Part shown: piece after piece, positions 1 to 9,212 of the stretch
Layout: each line of letters starts with the position of its first letter
Position numbering within the stretch: the stretch's first letter is position 1
From: Promethearchaeota archaeon
GTDB taxonomy: Archaea > Asgardarchaeota > Lokiarchaeia > Sigyniarchaeales > SOKP01
Length of the DNA: 42,862 nucleotides
Direction of reading: 5' to 3'
Assembly (NCBI GenBank): GCA_048941015.1
Contig: JBHLNZ010000025.1
Coordinates: forward strand, 1,591-44,452
The notes under the pieces: generated by a model
The model's database searches: none
The model's input: only the letters and a program-made list of their open reading frames with translations
Told to the model about the DNA's origin: nothing
Translations under genes and position numbers: made by a program

Positions 1-455
1 CACTCTTCTTTAACATCTAAACCTAAAGCTTTATACCAACCTGAACGCATATTAAAACAGCCACATTCATAATCATCTGTAACTTTAAGCTTTTTTACTT
101 GCTCTATTACAGCACATTTTTCAACTACCCCTAATAACTCATTCTCAGAAACATACTCAAATCTATAAGACATTGAAGGTGGTGGATAATAGAATTCCAT
201 AGCAGTTATACAGATATTATAAAGATCATTAATGTTTTTTACTTCCGGCAAATTTAAAGCGTTAATCAAACGAAACATCATTACTTTTCCCATTTCAGAA
301 ATTATCATCTTATTGAGTTTATTTCCTTTTTCCCATCCAAATTCACGAACGATAGCCATTTGAGTTCTCGCATCATGAGACATCCAATTCTTTCGAAGGA
401 TTTCTACCTTTGATTCTTCAGATAACGAATTTATTAGATTAACTCGTTCTATCAT
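1..455 (-). CDS. DUF6125-like hypothetical protein (partial, runs off window start)
   Basis: Not in the ORF track. Manual translation from ATG 455: MIERVNLINSLSEESKVEILRKNWMSHDARTQMAIVREFGWEKGNKLN...VEKCAV...YECGCFNMRSGWYKALG. The KNWxxHD motif and Cys pattern resemble DUF6125. The frame is open to the window edge. Confidence 0.7.
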   Translation of the reverse strand, partial: MIERVNLINSLSEESKVEILRKNWMSHDARTQMAIVREFGWEKGNKLNKMIISEMGKVMMFRLINALNLPEVKNINDLYNICITAMEFYYPPPSMSYRFEYVSENELLGVVEKCAVIEQVKKLKVTDDYECGCFNMRSGWYKALGLDVKEE

Positions 456-588
456 AATGAAATAATTTATAAGAAAACTTAAATTCATTTTCGATCTATC
501 ACAACCTTTTTTAGGTTGAATAAATGTTAAAATTGAATAAAACATACATTTAATTTAGTTAAGTAAAATCAAATAAACTAATTCTGAG

Positions 589-1494
589 TTGAAATATAAT
601 TTGAATAAAAATACAAATGAAATTTTAGAAGAGATTAGAGAATTTCTAAAAAATTCAGATCTTACTACCTATGGGGTAAATACTTATTTAAGCTTATTAC
701 GTTCGGATGACCTAACTGCTAGAGAATTAAGTGAAACTTCAGAAGTTCCAATAGGAAGAATATATGAAATTTTGGAAGAATTAAAAAATAAGGGAATGAT
801 TATAGTTCAGGATTCACGGCCAAAGAGGTATCGGTCCATTCCCTTTAATGTAGCACTTAAAAACTTAATCTCCTATTTAGAGAATAGAAATAAGAATAAA
901 TTATCTTTTTTATATGGTCAGGCACAAGCCTTAGAGACAAAAATATATGAATCGGATTTATTAATTAAAAAAGGACCATCAAAGACCTTTTGGTCTACTT
1001 CGTTTGGAGCAAAGCCGATTTTATTGCTTTATTCAAGTACTTTAAAAGAAATTCAGGAAGAAATATTAATGACAGGTTTTTTAAATGAAAGTACACTCAA
1101 AGTCCTTCCATATGGAGATCTAATCTATAATGGACTTTATAATGCTTTGCAACGTGGAGTTCGAATAAAATATTTATGGAGTTTTGAATACGATAAACGG
1201 CCCCTAACCGAAGATATTATAATTAATGCAAAAGAGTTATATTCTAATCTAAAAACAAGCCTTGAGGATTTATACAAATTATCCACTGAGATTAAAGGTT
1301 TTGAAATGAAGTACATTTTCACAAGGATTCCCTCATACTACGATATTTTTGATAGAAAACGTATTTTATTTAAATTACAAGATCCCTCCAAATCATACGA
1401 GATATTTTCATGCCTAAATATATTATATCCACACCTAGCTGAAGAATTAAGAAAAACTTTTCTAAGAGTTTGGGAAATAGAAGCTACGGAATGA
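589..1494 (+). CDS. TrmB-family transcriptional regulator
   Basis: N-terminal wHTH (YLSLL..LTARELSETSEVPIGRIYEILEELKNKGMI..SRPKRY) typical of TrmB, plus a C-terminal effector domain (ALQRGVRIKYL, DIFDRK). TTG start. Confidence 0.9.
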   Translation: MKYNLNKNTNEILEEIREFLKNSDLTTYGVNTYLSLLRSDDLTARELSETSEVPIGRIYEILEELKNKGMIIVQDSRPKRYRSIPFNVALKNLISYLENRNKNKLSFLYGQAQALETKIYESDLLIKKGPSKTFWSTSFGAKPILLLYSSTLKEIQEEILMTGFLNESTLKVLPYGDLIYNGLYNALQRGVRIKYLWSFEYDKRPLTEDIIINAKELYSNLKTSLEDLYKLSTEIKGFEMKYIFTRIPSYYDIFDRKRILFKLQDPSKSYEIFSCLNILYPHLAEELRKTFLRVWEIEATE

Positions 1495-1522
1495 TTTAAA
1501 GCCATTCCTTATTCATTTCTTT

Positions 1523-2311
1523 TTACTCCTCCTTGAAGGGATATTTTAGGAGATATTGTTTATATTCCTGTTTTGTGGTTTTTCTAAGGCTATTTTCAGC
1601 TCCACAATTTTCGCAATTCTGCCCCATAAAACTCGAGTAATTTGAACAATTCTCGCAAAAATATGGATTCGCTAACTGAAACTGTTTATATGAAACTGAT
1701 CGTTGTTCATTTACTTTTGATATAGACGATTCGTAACTGAGAGTCGGTGATAACCAAGCGAACAGAACTGTAAGAAGAATAGCTATTGGAATTACTATCA
1801 TAAAAGTATAAATTAAAAAGCTTGATTCTGGAAAATAGAACAACAGTACTAATAATATCAGCTCAATTGAGATAATTATTATTACTAAAATTAAAAATTT
1901 ATAGGATTTCTTCAATACAATTTTTCTTTTCTCTTTTTTTTTAATTTCAAAATACCTTTCATTATGCCACCCAATAAAAGCTATTACACTACCGATAAAA
2001 AAAATTAGAAGTCCCGTGATTAGTTCAACTATAGGTAATCTAAAAATTAAGACAATAGCTATTAATCCATAAAACATCCCGATAAGTAAATATCGTTTAG
2101 CACTAGATGTGCCTTTATAATAAGCCAAAATTACTCCAACAATACCTATAGCTCCAAAAGTTAAATCAATTAAACTAAAAATTAAATACATTATATTACT
2201 GAAGTCTATTCCATATATTAAGGCTAAAATCCCCCAATATACTCCAGAACCTAAAAGAAGCATTCCCCCCGTTAAACTTATAAAAAGCCCAATTTTGGAT
2301 ATATTTTTCAA
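1523..2311 (-). CDS. Multi-pass membrane protein with C-terminal zinc ribbon
   Basis: About 6 hydrophobic segments and a C-terminal CENC-x9-CENC. Confidence 0.75.
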   Translation of the reverse strand: MKNISKIGLFISLTGGMLLLGSGVYWGILALIYGIDFSNIMYLIFSLIDLTFGAIGIVGVILAYYKGTSSAKRYLLIGMFYGLIAIVLIFRLPIVELITGLLIFFIGSVIAFIGWHNERYFEIKKKEKRKIVLKKSYKFLILVIIIISIELILLVLLFYFPESSFLIYTFMIVIPIAILLTVLFAWLSPTLSYESSISKVNEQRSVSYKQFQLANPYFCENCSNYSSFMGQNCENCGAENSLRKTTKQEYKQYLLKYPFKEE

Positions 2312-2456
2312 GATAAGTTTCCCCTTTTACGTACGACTCAAAGAACACTAAATTTTTTTATACATATAAATTGAAGCTTTTTTATATAAACCTTTTTGAT
2401 ATGACTGATATTAAACTTCTAATATATTTGTTTAAAAATTATTCTGAATATATTTT

Positions 2457-2609
2457 ATGAAGGGAATGAGAATGAGAAATCAACCTGAGATTAAGTATCT
2501 AAAGTATCGTCATCCTGAATTTCTTCAGACTATCGATAATGAAGAAACCAGAGTCATTCGATTATTCTTAAAAAGAGATATCGAGAATATTCAACAGGTA
2601 ACCCAATAA
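2457..2609 (+). CDS. Small hypothetical protein (up to 50 aa)
   Basis: Below the ORF-track cutoff: MKGMRMRNQPEIKYLKYRHPEFLQTIDNEETRVIRLFLKRDIENIQQVTQ*. Fills an intergenic gap, has coding-like composition and is followed by a T-tract. Start is uncertain among three ATGs. Confidence 0.45.
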   Translation: MKGMRMRNQPEIKYLKYRHPEFLQTIDNEETRVIRLFLKRDIENIQQVTQ

Positions 2610-2705
2610 CTGTTTTTTATATTCTTTTTAAAAAAAGATTATTTTTAAAATATCGATGAAAAATTATCACTATTTTTAAGGAGTGATAAATTAATTGTTT
2701 TTTGT

Positions 2706-3179
2706 ATGAAATTAGATGATGTAGATCTAGAAATTTTAAAATTTCTAAGTCAAGATGGGAGAAAAACTTATCATTATATTGCTGAAAAGTTAAGTAAATC
2801 TCCTGTTACAATTAAAAAGCATGTAGAAGAATTAGAAGAATTGGGTATTATTAAAGATTATGGCGTAAAAGTTGATTATGAAAAGTTAGGCTATAACATA
2901 ATTGCTGCGATTGAAATCACTATTTCAAAGGGAAAAATGTTGGATGAGGAAAAAAGAATATCGGAAAATCCCCATGTTTTTGGAGTTTACGACGTAACAG
3001 GAGACTCCGATGCACTAGTTCTAGCAAGATTCAAAGATCGTAAAGAACTTAGTGCCATGATAAAGGATCTTCATAAATGGCCCAATGTAGAGCGAACAAA
3101 TACTCATATTATCCTTAACATTATTAAAGAAGGAACTTCCCTCTCTAAATTGATTGAAGAGGACAGCAAAACTGAATAA
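2706..3179 (+). CDS. Lrp/AsnC family transcriptional regulator
   Basis: LDDVDLEILKFLSQDGR..IAEKL..LEELGII HTH plus RAM domain (VYDVTGDSD, NVERTNT). Confidence 0.95.
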   Translation: MKLDDVDLEILKFLSQDGRKTYHYIAEKLSKSPVTIKKHVEELEELGIIKDYGVKVDYEKLGYNIIAAIEITISKGKMLDEEKRISENPHVFGVYDVTGDSDALVLARFKDRKELSAMIKDLHKWPNVERTNTHIILNIIKEGTSLSKLIEEDSKTE

Positions 3180-3341
3180 CCTAAATGATTAAGTTACTAT
3201 ATATGAGTCTACATTCCTTTCTTTTTGAAATTTATCTAAAAAGAATTGCTCATTTTTAGTTTTATTACTAAATTTGTCGGGGGTCATCTCTTAAATCTTT
3301 GAAATCAAATAATTCAGTTAAACTAAATTTGGTGAGTTATA

Positions 3342-3560
3342 ATGGTTATTAATACGTTAAATAAAAGTGAAATAACTTTAAGAGAAGAATTAATAGAAAT
3401 AAACCAGGAACTCGAATTAAATTTTTCTAATTTAATTATTCCCTTTTCTAGGTTTTTTAAAAAAGAAACACCATTAGATATTTACACTGGGAAAGAAAAA
3501 ATCCCTTTCCATGAAAAGGATTCAGAATTTAAAAGTATTCTTATTCAAGAATTCCTATAA
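3342..3560 (+). CDS. Hypothetical protein
   Basis: 72-aa ORF with a GGTGA SD-like motif just upstream; no recognisable motif. Confidence 0.55.
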   Translation: MVINTLNKSEITLREELIEINQELELNFSNLIIPFSRFFKKETPLDIYTGKEKIPFHEKDSEFKSILIQEFL

Positions 3561-3692
3561 TTTTAACTTTTTCTCCTATATTCATCACCAAAAGATTCAA
3601 GATATATTTGAAATAATTGTTAAATAGCTTGATTTCTTAACAAATACTTGTTCTAATTAATTTAGAAATCCAATTAATTTAGAGGTGATTGT

Positions 3693-5300
3693 ATGAAATC
3701 ACGACTATTTCGAATAGTATGTATGATTTTTGTGATTTTTAATTTAGTTATGGTTATACAAGGTAATTACTTTTATATAACGAATCTATCAGAACGCCAA
3801 AATGTACCAAAAATACATTTAAAGACTACTCAATCTAATCCTCAAATTCAATGGGGTCCAAATGGAACAGAAATAATCTCAGAAATTAATTCGCAAGCAC
3901 CTATTGGGTTATGTACTGATAATTTAGGTAATAGCATAATAGTGTGGAGTGATTCAAGGAATGGCCCATATTCTGATATTTATGCTCAAAAGGTTAATTC
4001 AAATGGAGTGTCGTTATGGGATATTAATGGCATTGTAATCTGTGATTACAATGATAGTCAAGGATTTATAAAGATGTGTTCTGATGGATTAGGCGGGGCG
4101 ATAGTTGTATGGGTCGATGAGAGAGATGATTTAGGTGATATCTATGCTCAGCGGGTTGATAGTAATGGAGCAATATTATGGGATGTTAATGGAACAATAA
4201 TCTGTAATGATAATAGTTTCCAATATGATGCTGATCTTTGTAGCGATGGTAGCGGTGGGGCTATTATAACTTGGCGCGATGATAGAAATGGAGATGAAGA
4301 TGTATATGCTCAACATATTAGTGCAGCTGGAAATACTCTATGGGATGATAATGGCACAGCGATATGTAATTTAGCTGAATATCAAGGAGACCCTGTTATT
4401 TGTTCAGATGGCACTGGAGGAGCAATTATTGCATGGGTAGATTGGAGAAATGCTGCGTTCGGGGTTGATATTTATGCTCAAAAAATAGCAGGAAATGGTA
4501 GTATGTTATGGACAGAAAATGGTACTGGAATCTGCACTTCCACGGGTGGAGGAGGTGACTCGTTAGTAATATCTAATGATGGCTTTGGTGGAGCCATTAT
4601 TGCTTGGAAAGATTCTAGAGATATTTTATTAACTGGTATGGATATTTATGCCGATAGAATTAACGAAAATGGTATTTCTCAATGGCATTTTGATGGTAAA
4701 GCAATTTGTACAATATCTCCTGATCAATATAACCCTTATCTTTGTGTTGATAATAGTGGAGGAGCAATAATCGCTTGGACAGATGGGAGAGGTGGTATGG
4801 TAACAGAGTATGAAATTTATGCCCAGAAATTAGATCCAGATGGTAATATTCAATGGGTTTCAAATGGTAAATGTGTTTGCAATGCGTCTTATGATCAATG
4901 GCTCTCAGGAATAATCAATGATGGAAAGGGTGGGGCTATTCTAGCTTGGATTGACGAAAGAAATGGAGATGAAGATGTTTACGCTCAAAGAATAAATTCT
5001 GAGGGAGATGCTCTCTGGCAATCAAATGGTATTGTTATCTGCAATGCAGAAGATGACCAAGATGCTGCTTTCTTAGCCAATGATGGAAAAGGTGGAGCCA
5101 TTATTATGTGGTCTGATTCAAGAAATGATGTGAGTGATATTTATGCTCAGCGTGTGATATATACACCAACTACCGTCGAAGAGAATGGCATACCATTAGG
5201 AAATTGGTATCTAATATTCATATTCATAACTTGTTTTGCACTGATAATTATCAATCTACAAAGAAAAAAGAACGGTAAAATTCTTAAAAATAATTATTAA
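3693..5300 (+). CDS. Cell-surface repeat (predicted 8-bladed beta-propeller) protein with C-terminal sorting/anchor signal
   Basis: Signal-peptide-like N-terminus and 8 copies of a ~55-aa repeat (DGxGGAIIxWxDxR..DIYAQ+IxxxGxxLW..NGxxIC). C-terminal GIPLGNWYL + TM helix + RKK. GAGGTGA SD. Confidence 0.85.
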   Translation: MKSRLFRIVCMIFVIFNLVMVIQGNYFYITNLSERQNVPKIHLKTTQSNPQIQWGPNGTEIISEINSQAPIGLCTDNLGNSIIVWSDSRNGPYSDIYAQKVNSNGVSLWDINGIVICDYNDSQGFIKMCSDGLGGAIVVWVDERDDLGDIYAQRVDSNGAILWDVNGTIICNDNSFQYDADLCSDGSGGAIITWRDDRNGDEDVYAQHISAAGNTLWDDNGTAICNLAEYQGDPVICSDGTGGAIIAWVDWRNAAFGVDIYAQKIAGNGSMLWTENGTGICTSTGGGGDSLVISNDGFGGAIIAWKDSRDILLTGMDIYADRINENGISQWHFDGKAICTISPDQYNPYLCVDNSGGAIIAWTDGRGGMVTEYEIYAQKLDPDGNIQWVSNGKCVCNASYDQWLSGIINDGKGGAILAWIDERNGDEDVYAQRINSEGDALWQSNGIVICNAEDDQDAAFLANDGKGGAIIMWSDSRNDVSDIYAQRVIYTPTTVEENGIPLGNWYLIFIFITCFALIIINLQRKKNGKILKNNY

Positions 5301-5757
5301 TTCTTTTTTATTTTTTAAAGATATTAGCGCCAGTAATTAGAGTATATGTAATTCATGAATTTCTATAATATTTATTTTATCTTTATTATTAACTTTCAAA
5401 TATTACCATTGGATTCTTAAGATTATAATACAAGACTATTGTAATCGATTACAAGGTTTCATCAATGACTTGCCTGATTTTTGCTGGATCTTCTTAAATC
5501 TTTATCGAATTTTCTGAACAATTTTCATATAAAAAGATCAACTTTATATATCAGAAGGAAACGATATGAACAAATTATTAATTCTCTGTTCAGAATAATA
5601 AACTTGTTTAGTTTAAATGGAAAAAAATAAAAAAAATTGGGAAATATCAACATAAACCAAAACATTTTTTAATAAGCTTTACCATTTAATAATTAAATAA
5701 AACAAAATGGGATATTTTTCCCACATCAACAAAAAGTAATCAAGTCTAAAAATTATT

Positions 5758-6012
5758 ATGATTGTAGAAGAATCAAAATCAAAGGCTAAGGTCGTTAGAT
5801 TGGCGAGCATGAAAGTGCCGCGTACATATGAGCAAATTTGTTTGGATAAGCTAAAGGAAATTGGAAGATCCACAGCTAGAGAGTGGTCTACAGCTATGGG
5901 ATATCATACTCCAAATTCATTAGCAAAAGTCATAAGAAGAATCAAAGCTAAATCACCGGAAAAGCTGAAGATTTATGGTAATCGAAAGCCAAGGCTCTAT
6001 GAAGCCGTATAA
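5758..6012 (+). CDS. Small winged-helix DNA-binding protein
   Basis: Basic 84-aa protein: LDKLKEIGRSTAREWSTAMGY..NSLAKVIRRI..KPRLY resembles a wHTH. Confidence 0.65.
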   Translation: MIVEESKSKAKVVRLASMKVPRTYEQICLDKLKEIGRSTAREWSTAMGYHTPNSLAKVIRRIKAKSPEKLKIYGNRKPRLYEAV

Positions 6013-6074
6013 ATTTTTAATTTTTAGATTTAGAAATAAATATGAAAAATTAAATAAGTGAGGTAAAAAAATTA

Positions 6075-6401
6075 GTGTTTAAATGTTCAGCTTGCGGGAA
6101 GGAATATTCTTATGGCAGATTTTTGAGCCATGAATGTGGAGAGCATATAATAAATCATGGTTTTTTATTCGAAGATGATAGGAAACAATATGAATGGAAT
6201 CCGAATCCTATAGTAAAACCTAATCAATCAGATATTAAAGTACTGAAAAAGTATTCCTCTAAAGATTTTCAAATTCTTGAAGAAGAATATTCAAAATTTG
6301 ATAAAGAAAGTGTTTATAAATGGAATTGCGAGGCTCCAATAGAAATAAATAGCATTCCCCTAAGCGATACTAATATTCATTGTTTTTTATTATATGAGTA
6401 A
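6075..6401 (+). CDS. Hypothetical protein with N-terminal zinc-finger-like motif
   Basis: FKCSACGKEY..LSHEC (C-x2-C-x11-H-x-C). GTG start with GAGGT upstream. Confidence 0.6.
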   Translation: MFKCSACGKEYSYGRFLSHECGEHIINHGFLFEDDRKQYEWNPNPIVKPNQSDIKVLKKYSSKDFQILEEEYSKFDKESVYKWNCEAPIEINSIPLSDTNIHCFLLYE

Positions 6402-6497
6402 AAATCTTGAGATCCTGAGATCTATAGACATGATATAAGTTCCATAGGACTAGAAAACTTGAAACGAGATTTCTAGTATTTGATTTGGTGAGTATAA

Positions 6498-7691
6498 ATG
6501 AATTGGAAAAACTATACTTCCTTACCTAAAAAATTTAGGAATCAGAGAGTGTTTGATGGGTGTGGGATATCAGGATTTATTAATATCGACGGTAGTAGAG
6601 TTTCAGGTGAAAGAGTTGTTGAAATGTTATGTATTTTAAAAGAAAGGGAAAATGGTCTTGGCGCAGGGTATGCTGCATATGGTATCTATCCTAAATATAA
6701 AGATCATTATGCATTCCATTTTCTTTTTGACAATGAGATAGCAAAAATAAAAGTTATAGAATATCTCGAAAAAAAAGGTAACATTATCCATTCTGAGCCG
6801 ATTCCGACAAACCTACCTAGCAATATTGACAATCCTCCTATAACTTGGAGAATATTTTTTGAACCTGAGAGGAGTTGTGATCTAAATTGTGATGAAAAAA
6901 TTGTTAAAATAGTAATGGATATCAATTCAAATATAGAAAATGCGTTTGTTATGTCCTCTGGAAAAAATATGGGAGTATTTAAAGGAAATGGGTGGTCAAA
7001 CGAAATTGCAGATTTTTACAAGATCTCAGACTATAAAGCTTATATGTGGTTAGCACACTCAAGGTTTCCAACAAACACACCTGGTTGGTGGGGTGGTGCT
7101 CATCCATTCAATCTTTTAAATTGTTCAGTGGTTCATAATGGAGAAATAACTTCTTATGGAACTAATAGAAGATACTTGGAATCATTTGGGTACAAATGTA
7201 CATTATTCACCGATACAGAAGTGATTGCCTACTTAATTGATCTATTAATCCGAAAGCATAAAATTCCAATACCTATCATGACTATTGCTTTAACACCACC
7301 ATTATTTGAAGAGATTGAAAGATTAGACAAAGAAGTTCAAATATTATATAAAAGCATAAGGGCGACATATAGAAGTGCTATGCTAAATGGACCATTTTCT
7401 ATTGTTATCGGGTATTCAGATCCAATTCCTACCCTAATCGGATTATCTGATAGGAAAAAATTACGTCCACTAGTGGTAGGAATTTCTGAGAATGATAATA
7501 CTATTTATATGAGTAGTGAAGAAGCATCTTTTAGAAGATTAATGATTAATGATAGCGATTTTAATTTAAAAGAGGTTTGGCATCCAAAAAGTGGTACTGC
7601 TGTTATAGCAGAACTAGGTAAAGGATTAATAAGAAAAGGATTTGAGATACCAATAAAAAAGAGTAATTCATCTCGAGTGGAGGTTTTTTGA
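6498..7691 (+). CDS. Glutamate synthase, class II glutamine amidotransferase subunit (split archaeal GltB domain 1)
   Basis: Propeptide then CGISG Ntn nucleophile, ERENGLGAG, AHSRFPTNT, AHPF, HNGEI, LNGPFS, DRKKLRP. Confidence 0.92.
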   Translation: MNWKNYTSLPKKFRNQRVFDGCGISGFINIDGSRVSGERVVEMLCILKERENGLGAGYAAYGIYPKYKDHYAFHFLFDNEIAKIKVIEYLEKKGNIIHSEPIPTNLPSNIDNPPITWRIFFEPERSCDLNCDEKIVKIVMDINSNIENAFVMSSGKNMGVFKGNGWSNEIADFYKISDYKAYMWLAHSRFPTNTPGWWGGAHPFNLLNCSVVHNGEITSYGTNRRYLESFGYKCTLFTDTEVIAYLIDLLIRKHKIPIPIMTIALTPPLFEEIERLDKEVQILYKSIRATYRSAMLNGPFSIVIGYSDPIPTLIGLSDRKKLRPLVVGISENDNTIYMSSEEASFRRLMINDSDFNLKEVWHPKSGTAVIAELGKGLIRKGFEIPIKKSNSSRVEVF

Positions 7692-9212
7692 ATGGTCTTA
7701 TCTCATGAAATTATTTCATATTTTAAAGTGAATATTAATCGAGAGGCCTGTAAGAAATGTAAAAGTTGTATTAATAATTGTTCATTTGGAGTTTTATCCT
7801 TTACCGGAGAGCAAATTGTTGCTGAACATCATAAATGCGTAGCTTGTCAGAGATGTGTTGTAATGTGCTCAGAAGAAGCAATATATATTTCTCAGAGTGA
7901 ATCATGTTTACCTCCTCACGGTAATTATACACGAAAGATCCGTAATATTATTTGGGCTCAATCTGGCAGTGGAGGTATTTTACTTTCTGCAACTGGAAAC
8001 GATAGACCAATTAGATCAATATTTGATGACCTACTTCTTGATGCTTGTCAAGTAACTAATCCCAGTATCGATCCACTCCGAGAGACTATTGAAACTAAAA
8101 TCTTTTTTGGACGAAAACCAAAGAAACTTGATTTTATTGTAGAATCTGATGATTGGAATAATATATCCTTAAAAACGAACATTTTACCCAATGTTGAACT
8201 AAATATGCCGATTATGATTGGACATATGAGTTTAGGATCAATTAGTTATAATGCATGCCAAGCAATATTTCAAGCTGCAAAAGAATTAAAAATAGTTGCT
8301 GGCTCTGGAGAAGGTGGACTACATCCTGATTTCTATGAATATGCACCAAATATAATTACTGAAATTGCTTCAGGACGATTTGGAGTTGATATTAATTACT
8401 TAAACAATGCAGCGGGTATAGAGATAAAGATTGGACAAGGAGCAAAACCGGGTCATGGAGGGCATTTACCAGGAGAAAAGGTAAGCAGTTTAATCTCCCA
8501 AACACGAATGATTCCTAAAGGAAGTGATGCATTATCTCCTTATCCGCATCATGATATCTATTCAATTGAAGATCTGGCACAATTAATTGCAGCATTAAAG
8601 GAGTCTACAAGATATAGTGTTCCTGTTGGGGTAAAAATAGCAGCAGTTCACAACTCAGCTCCAATTGCAGTAGGTGTAGTAAGGAGTGGAGCAGATTTTC
8701 TAACTTTAGATGGATTCAGAGGTGGAACTGGTGCTGCTCCAAGGATTATAAGAGATCATGCGGGCATTCCTATTGAATTAGCTATTGCTGCTGTAGATAA
8801 AAGACTCAGGGAAGAGTGCCTAAGGGAAGAAGTAACTTTAATTGCCGGTGGTTCAATTCGATATTCTGCTGACTTAATAAAAGCTATTGCTTTAGGTGCC
8901 GATATGGCTATGTGTTGTATGCCAGTATTAATTGCAATGGGATGCAGAGTTTGTCAGCAATGTTTTAGAGGTCTTTGTTCATGGGGTATTGCTACACAAA
9001 AAGAATATCTAGTAAAAAGATTGGATATTTCAATTACGAAAAATAGGATAATAAATTTATTTCATTCATGGAATGAAGAATTAAAAGAAGTGTTAGGAGC
9101 GATGGGAATTGATTCTGTCGAATCACTCCGATCAAATAGAGATCGTTTAAGATACATTGGTCCAAATCCGCATATAGCAGAAATTTTAGGAGTAAAACAT
9201 GCAGGTGAATAA
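7692..9212 (+). CDS. Glutamate synthase FMN-binding subunit with N-terminal 2[4Fe-4S] ferredoxin (archaeal GltB domain 2)
   Basis: Two CxxCxxCxxxC motifs, QVTNPSIDPLRE, MSLGS, GEGG, EIKIGQGAKPGHGGHLPGEKV, PHHDIYSIEDL, and a [3Fe-4S] motif (C..CQQC..G.C.WGIATQ). Confidence 0.95.
   Translation: MVLSHEIISYFKVNINREACKKCKSCINNCSFGVLSFTGEQIVAEHHKCVACQRCVVMCSEEAIYISQSESCLPPHGNYTRKIRNIIWAQSGSGGILLSATGNDRPIRSIFDDLLLDACQVTNPSIDPLRETIETKIFFGRKPKKLDFIVESDDWNNISLKTNILPNVELNMPIMIGHMSLGSISYNACQAIFQAAKELKIVAGSGEGGLHPDFYEYAPNIITEIASGRFGVDINYLNNAAGIEIKIGQGAKPGHGGHLPGEKVSSLISQTRMIPKGSDALSPYPHHDIYSIEDLAQLIAALKESTRYSVPVGVKIAAVHNSAPIAVGVVRSGADFLTLDGFRGGTGAAPRIIRDHAGIPIELAIAAVDKRLREECLREEVTLIAGGSIRYSADLIKAIALGADMAMCCMPVLIAMGCRVCQQCFRGLCSWGIATQKEYLVKRLDISITKNRIINLFHSWNEELKEVLGAMGIDSVESLRSNRDRLRYIGPNPHIAEILGVKHAGE

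Noticed and set aside
3850-5160. Recurring DNA words (GATATTTATGCTCA, AAATGGAGATGAAGATGT) suggesting a CRISPR-like array
   Set aside because: They are degenerate, in frame and reflect the protein repeats of the surface protein; no cas genes are present.
5449-5530. Minus-strand fragment reading ..EDPAKIRQVIDETL* (possible gene remnant)
   Set aside because: Only 14 codons after an in-frame stop, with no start and no recognisable family.
7689-7694. TGA immediately followed by an in-frame ATG between glutamate synthase domains 1 and 2 (possible read-through fusion)
   Set aside because: A GGAGGT SD lies just upstream of ATG 7692, split GltB is normal in archaea, and there is no Cys/Sec-like context.
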